Shown here one piece after another: positions 24,674 to 64,000 of a stretch of 64,000 bases of DNA (within the stretch, counting starts at the first letter, position 1; each line of letters begins with the position of its first letter). Position numbers and translations under genes: made by a program. The DNA is taken from positions 5,692,050 through 5,756,049 of the forward strand of contig CM119269.1 of assembly GCA_051294375.1 (NCBI GenBank). Reading direction: 5' to 3'. The notes below the pieces were generated by a model. The model was not told the origin of the DNA, did no database searches, and saw only the letters and a list, made by a program, of their open reading frames with translations. This DNA is from Paraspadella gotoi. Lineage: Eukaryota > Animalia > Chaetognatha.

Positions 24674-27600
24674 CCAGCGCTGTCGTAATTGAGATTATAT
24701 AATATAGACAATTGTAGTTTTCCTAGGCTATTAGTACCTTTGACGAGATATTCCCACCTAGTAAAACCTACGTACACATGTCGATTAGCCATATTTTCTA
24801 GATAAATGTTAATGGAACCTTTACATATATAGTTAAAAAAAGGTAAGGAAGAACCTAAGTGCAGCAAAGACAAGAATTCGACAAATAAATGAATCAGTTA
24901 GTGGTGCTTAAGATCAAAAAGTCATTATTGAACATTAAACTTTACATTTTTGTATGACACCATCGGTACAATTTCGCATCAAAAAGTAAATTTTGTTAAA
25001 AAAAAATCTGTGATCAGTTCTTTATTATCTATACCATATTGTTGGTACTTTTAGCGATAAGATATTAGAATAACACGTACTGGACATTCCAAAAGTTTGA
25101 CGTACCTTACAATCAGCTTAGATTTTGAGACATGTCTGGTACATGTCAATTACATTATTATTTTTTTTAAATGAAAAAAATCACGACGTAAACAAAATAG
25201 AGTTAAAGAATAACTATCACTAGCCACTAGAAAGAAATTCTAATAAATTTTCTTATATCTACATGCTTATACTGTAGATTAGATTTTGTTGCTTTTCATA
25301 GGCTCCCTTTTTCACAAGAGTTAACTGCACCGCGTGACTTGTTATTCCCGTAGTCAAACTGGATAGCGCTGTATCTTTATACCGTGTCGACCATATCAAA
25401 CTCTTTATCGAATAACTTAAATGTGTTTATTTTATATTTAAATTTTTTTTTTTCGTTTCACGTTAGGCTTTTATTAAAGATTTCTGCGCTAGGATCTCAT
25501 AGCGCCAAGTTTTTCAAGGACGTTGTTCTTTTTTTTTTTTAAATTACGTTCGAAGTGATATTATTGTTAAAACTTCGGGTTACAAGTGCTAAAGTTTCCT
25601 TCTGAACTAAAAGAAAAACTTTTATACATATTACAGTTTGTAGTTTTTAGACATTAATTTTATTACCCAGAGTCGTTTATTTTTTGTTTTTGATCTCGCC
25701 CTCGTTTATTTTGAATTGTGTATATTTGAATAATACAACAATATTGTGTCATATGGGTTCAAGAGACAAAATTTTTACGCCCATCCGTTTTTTGACGACC
25801 AAAGGCTCACAGATGAGACTTTTAAGTTTAACCATTTTTTTTTTCATCTTCAGCAGAAAAAGAAAATGATTTTTACTTGAGGTTTTCAAACTTTCGGCTG
25901 CTCGAAATTTTATAGTATCGAGAATTTTCACCTTCTATAATGGGATAAATATGTTCTACTTTACCACATATCACTTTCTAGGTAATTCTGCCTTACTATG
26001 GCCCAAAAATAAAAAAAGGGCAAACGTTAAAGTAATTTTATAAAAATCAAGATGAAGGCATTTTGCGACGCCGTCATTAAAATATAAAGAAAAATATTAA
26101 GTTGGAATCAAACCATGTAAAATTTATTAAGTAGACAAATGAAAAAAGCGCTTAAAATTTAAATTATCAATTTAATGTTATTTATGTTACAGTAGCCAAA
26201 AATAGCGATTAGGCAATCAAAGGGCGATAAAGAAGGCAATTTGCTCTTTGCGAATTGTATTTGTTCTTATTTTTTTGGTTTATTTATACAATCATATCAT
26301 CCTCGTTTTAATTTGTGATCGGTTTAAAAGTGTAACATCTATGATGATACCTCTCTCTTGATACAATGAAAAAAAATTAGACATGAATAAAAAAAAGTGT
26401 AGTCGTTTTCTGACGTACGGAGGTTGTGAATTTTTCCTTTTTCTTTGTCTTCTTGCTGTTATTATTATTATTAATATAATTATTATCAAGTTGTAAGCGA
26501 ATGAACAACAATCTATACATGTGTCTTTTAATCATTTCTTACCTTCAACCTATTATTATCTGTTCGTCATACAATGTATTAATCTGAATACTTCGCTGAA
26601 TAAAATTTTTTAAATGCAAAAAATATTTCGTTCTGTTTTCAATTGTTGAGAGATCACGATAGAGTGAAAACGAGATGCGGGGCAACAGCTAAGAAAGAAA
26701 GATATATATATCTGTACTACTGTCAGTAGCCGGCTTCCCTCGCGAACACTGAACATAGTGGCCATTGGCCAACTGTTGTGGTTTCGAAACTGTCTGTGGA
26801 TTTGAACCCGGGACAGTTCCTTAGTTTCTAGAAAATGTAAGAAAAGTAAATACGAACATAAGAAACCCGAACTGTCCGGTTATTAGACAGATATAATACA
26901 TAAAAATAGGCTATGAGAAATAAGCTCAAGTAAATTGATACACAGTAAAAATAACTCAGCAACTAAAAACAAAACAACAGCTTTCGCTGAATAGTTTTTC
27001 AGTCTCTCATTAGGGGGCCATGTATACTGTTCTATCGATTGAAAAAAAAAGACTAACCACCTTCAAAAAGCATTTCTTTGGATAAAAAAAAAAGAAGATA
27101 CCATTAAGAAAAAATATAAAAAACTAATTTCCAGCTTAAAAATATAGTTTTTTGTAATTTTAGCCTAATTAATGACAACATTTTTAAAAAAAGATTTATA
27201 TTTTCTTCAATCAACTTTTTACTAGGAAACTGAATCTGTTCTCAGAATTAAAAAAAAAAACATTTTGAAATTTTCACCTCATCTAAGGGTAGTACTATAT
27301 ACAAAATAAGCTGACTGAGCTACTATATTTATAAAAAAAACTACATATTAGTATTCACTAATATGATAATTTTCAAGATATAACTACTAAATTTTTATTC
27401 CAAACTTTCACTTCACCCTTCTGATCACACAATAACGTGTCATCTATGTATTGTCTTTTAGACAATGTCTAATGCCTATAGATAACTTTTCCGCTCGAGA
27501 TTAATCAATAATCATTAGTTTTAAAATTTCTTTACCATTTAAATGAAAACTGCTAAAAAACTCAAACATTTATTTTTTTTTATTGGCGTAATAGTATCAA

Positions 27601-28016
27601 AAACAAAAAAAGCTCATCGATGTTTTTCGGGCGATTTTTCAAAATCTATTGAAAGGTCAACTTTTTTTTTGCTGTTAAAATTGGAACAATAGGCCCGACA
27701 TCATGGAATTGAGCTGCAAAATGGAGTACATAATAAATGACAAATAGGGTGCGACACAGAACATATCCCTTCTTCAAAATCGATTCTTTCTCAATTGTCT
27801 ACGTCGGCTGAAAAATTGCGGCCGACGCAGGAGACAATCAAGCAAGCATTGGGGTACGACAAGCACCGTGGGGAATCCAACTGGTTTTTCACTTCATCAT
27901 CAAAACAATTTTATTCTCTCTGAATCGGACCGAAATTTCACAATGAAAAAAACTCAGAGCAAAACGTTTGAAGAATCGGGAATGAAGGAATGTTGGTGGT
28001 GTTCATCATCGTCATT

Positions 28017-28065
<49 letters not shown>

Positions 28066-28925
28066 ATATCATCATCATCAATATCATCTCAATATCAATT
28101 TTCTCATTTATTATCCATCAATGTATCTACGAGATCAAATAGTCATAATGATCACGATTACGAATTATTTAAATCTAAATTTGTTAAAAGCACTTTTTGA
28201 AAGAAACTTATCTAATTGTTTTTCGTCTACGATTCAGTATAGAAGAGAAAAAAGAAAGAGAAAACCCCAAATCATCGATCCTCATCGTCAAACGTATAGC
28301 TCTGATATATCACAACGAAAAATAACCGCCTTTTTTAAATGCGGGGTTTAAAAAAAAAATAAAAAAACGGCGGGAAAAATAATTCGCGTTTTCTTCGCGA
28401 CTGATGTTCCGACGGCGATGATCATTTCGATCTTCGGAGGTCGGGTCAGCTTTAGCGTCAGCGTCTCTTGAAATACAGTTTCGGATAGAAAAGGTTTTGG
28501 GTTTTTGTTTTTTTTGTTTTGTTTTTTTGGGTCGGCGACTTTTGAGTTCCGTGAGCGCGTTTGTGGGGGGGGGGCGGCTGAGGGAGAGGGGGCGGTAACG
28601 AGTCGATACGAGGCAGAGCCGAGACGATGCAGCGCAAAGACGGTGTGGCGCAGTGAGGCGCCGAGACGGTGCGGGGTCGAGACGAAGAACCCTCGACGTT
28701 AAGCGCCTTGATAAAGAATTTACAAGAAACTTATACATTGCCATTGTTGGGCCGCGAGAAGTTTGGACGAGGTCTATCCGCAAAACCAATTAATTAAATT
28801 CGTTCTTTCTTTCGTTCTATATTTATTTCTTTATTTCTTTCCTCTTTCTTTCTTTCTTTCTTTTTTATTTCTTTATTTCTTTATTTCTTTCTTTCTTTCT
28901 TTCNNNNNNNNNNNNNNNNNNNNTT

Positions 28926-28956
<31 letters not shown>

Positions 28957-29140
28957 ATCTTCCCTTCCTTTTAAAAAATTACCTGAAAAGTTTACTTTAA
29001 AAGTCCTCGGCCGGCGAGCGTCAAATAGAGAGAGCGCCCGAAAGGTCGAGGGGAGAGTCAAGGACCACGGCACCGTTACGGCGCCAAGGACAGCGCCTCC
29101 CGCGGCGCTAAGGCAGAGCGTCGCCGACGGCGAGACGATG

Positions 29141-64000
<34,860 letters not shown>

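Overview
Eukaryotic (invertebrate animal) genomic DNA with GC-rich exons, AT-rich introns, many (CT/AG)n microsatellites and five N gaps. I reconstructed three spliced genes by hand. (1) A jelly belly (jeb/HEN-1-like) secreted LDLa-domain ALK-ligand precursor on +, 3 coding exons, 13661-24128. (2) A kainate-type ionotropic glutamate receptor on -, 18 phase-consistent exons from the window edge (64000) to a stop at 29141; its 5' end lies outside the window. (3) A cytoplasmic intermediate-filament (IF) gene on +, nested in the receptor's 23.8-kb intron. It has a long lamin-type coil 1B but no lamin tail domain, NLS or CaaX, and instead keratin-like Gly/Ser(/Met)-rich head and tail. It occurs as two copies with complementary frameshift damage, probably an assembly or haplotype duplication. 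The same intron carries a Penelope-type minimal hammerhead ribozyme motif closed by a perfect 44-bp inverted repeat. Also present are a ~5.5-kb tandem duplication, a tRNA-derived SINE, DINE-1/HINE-like repeats and minisatellites. Most ORFs in the supplied track are microsatellite artefacts.
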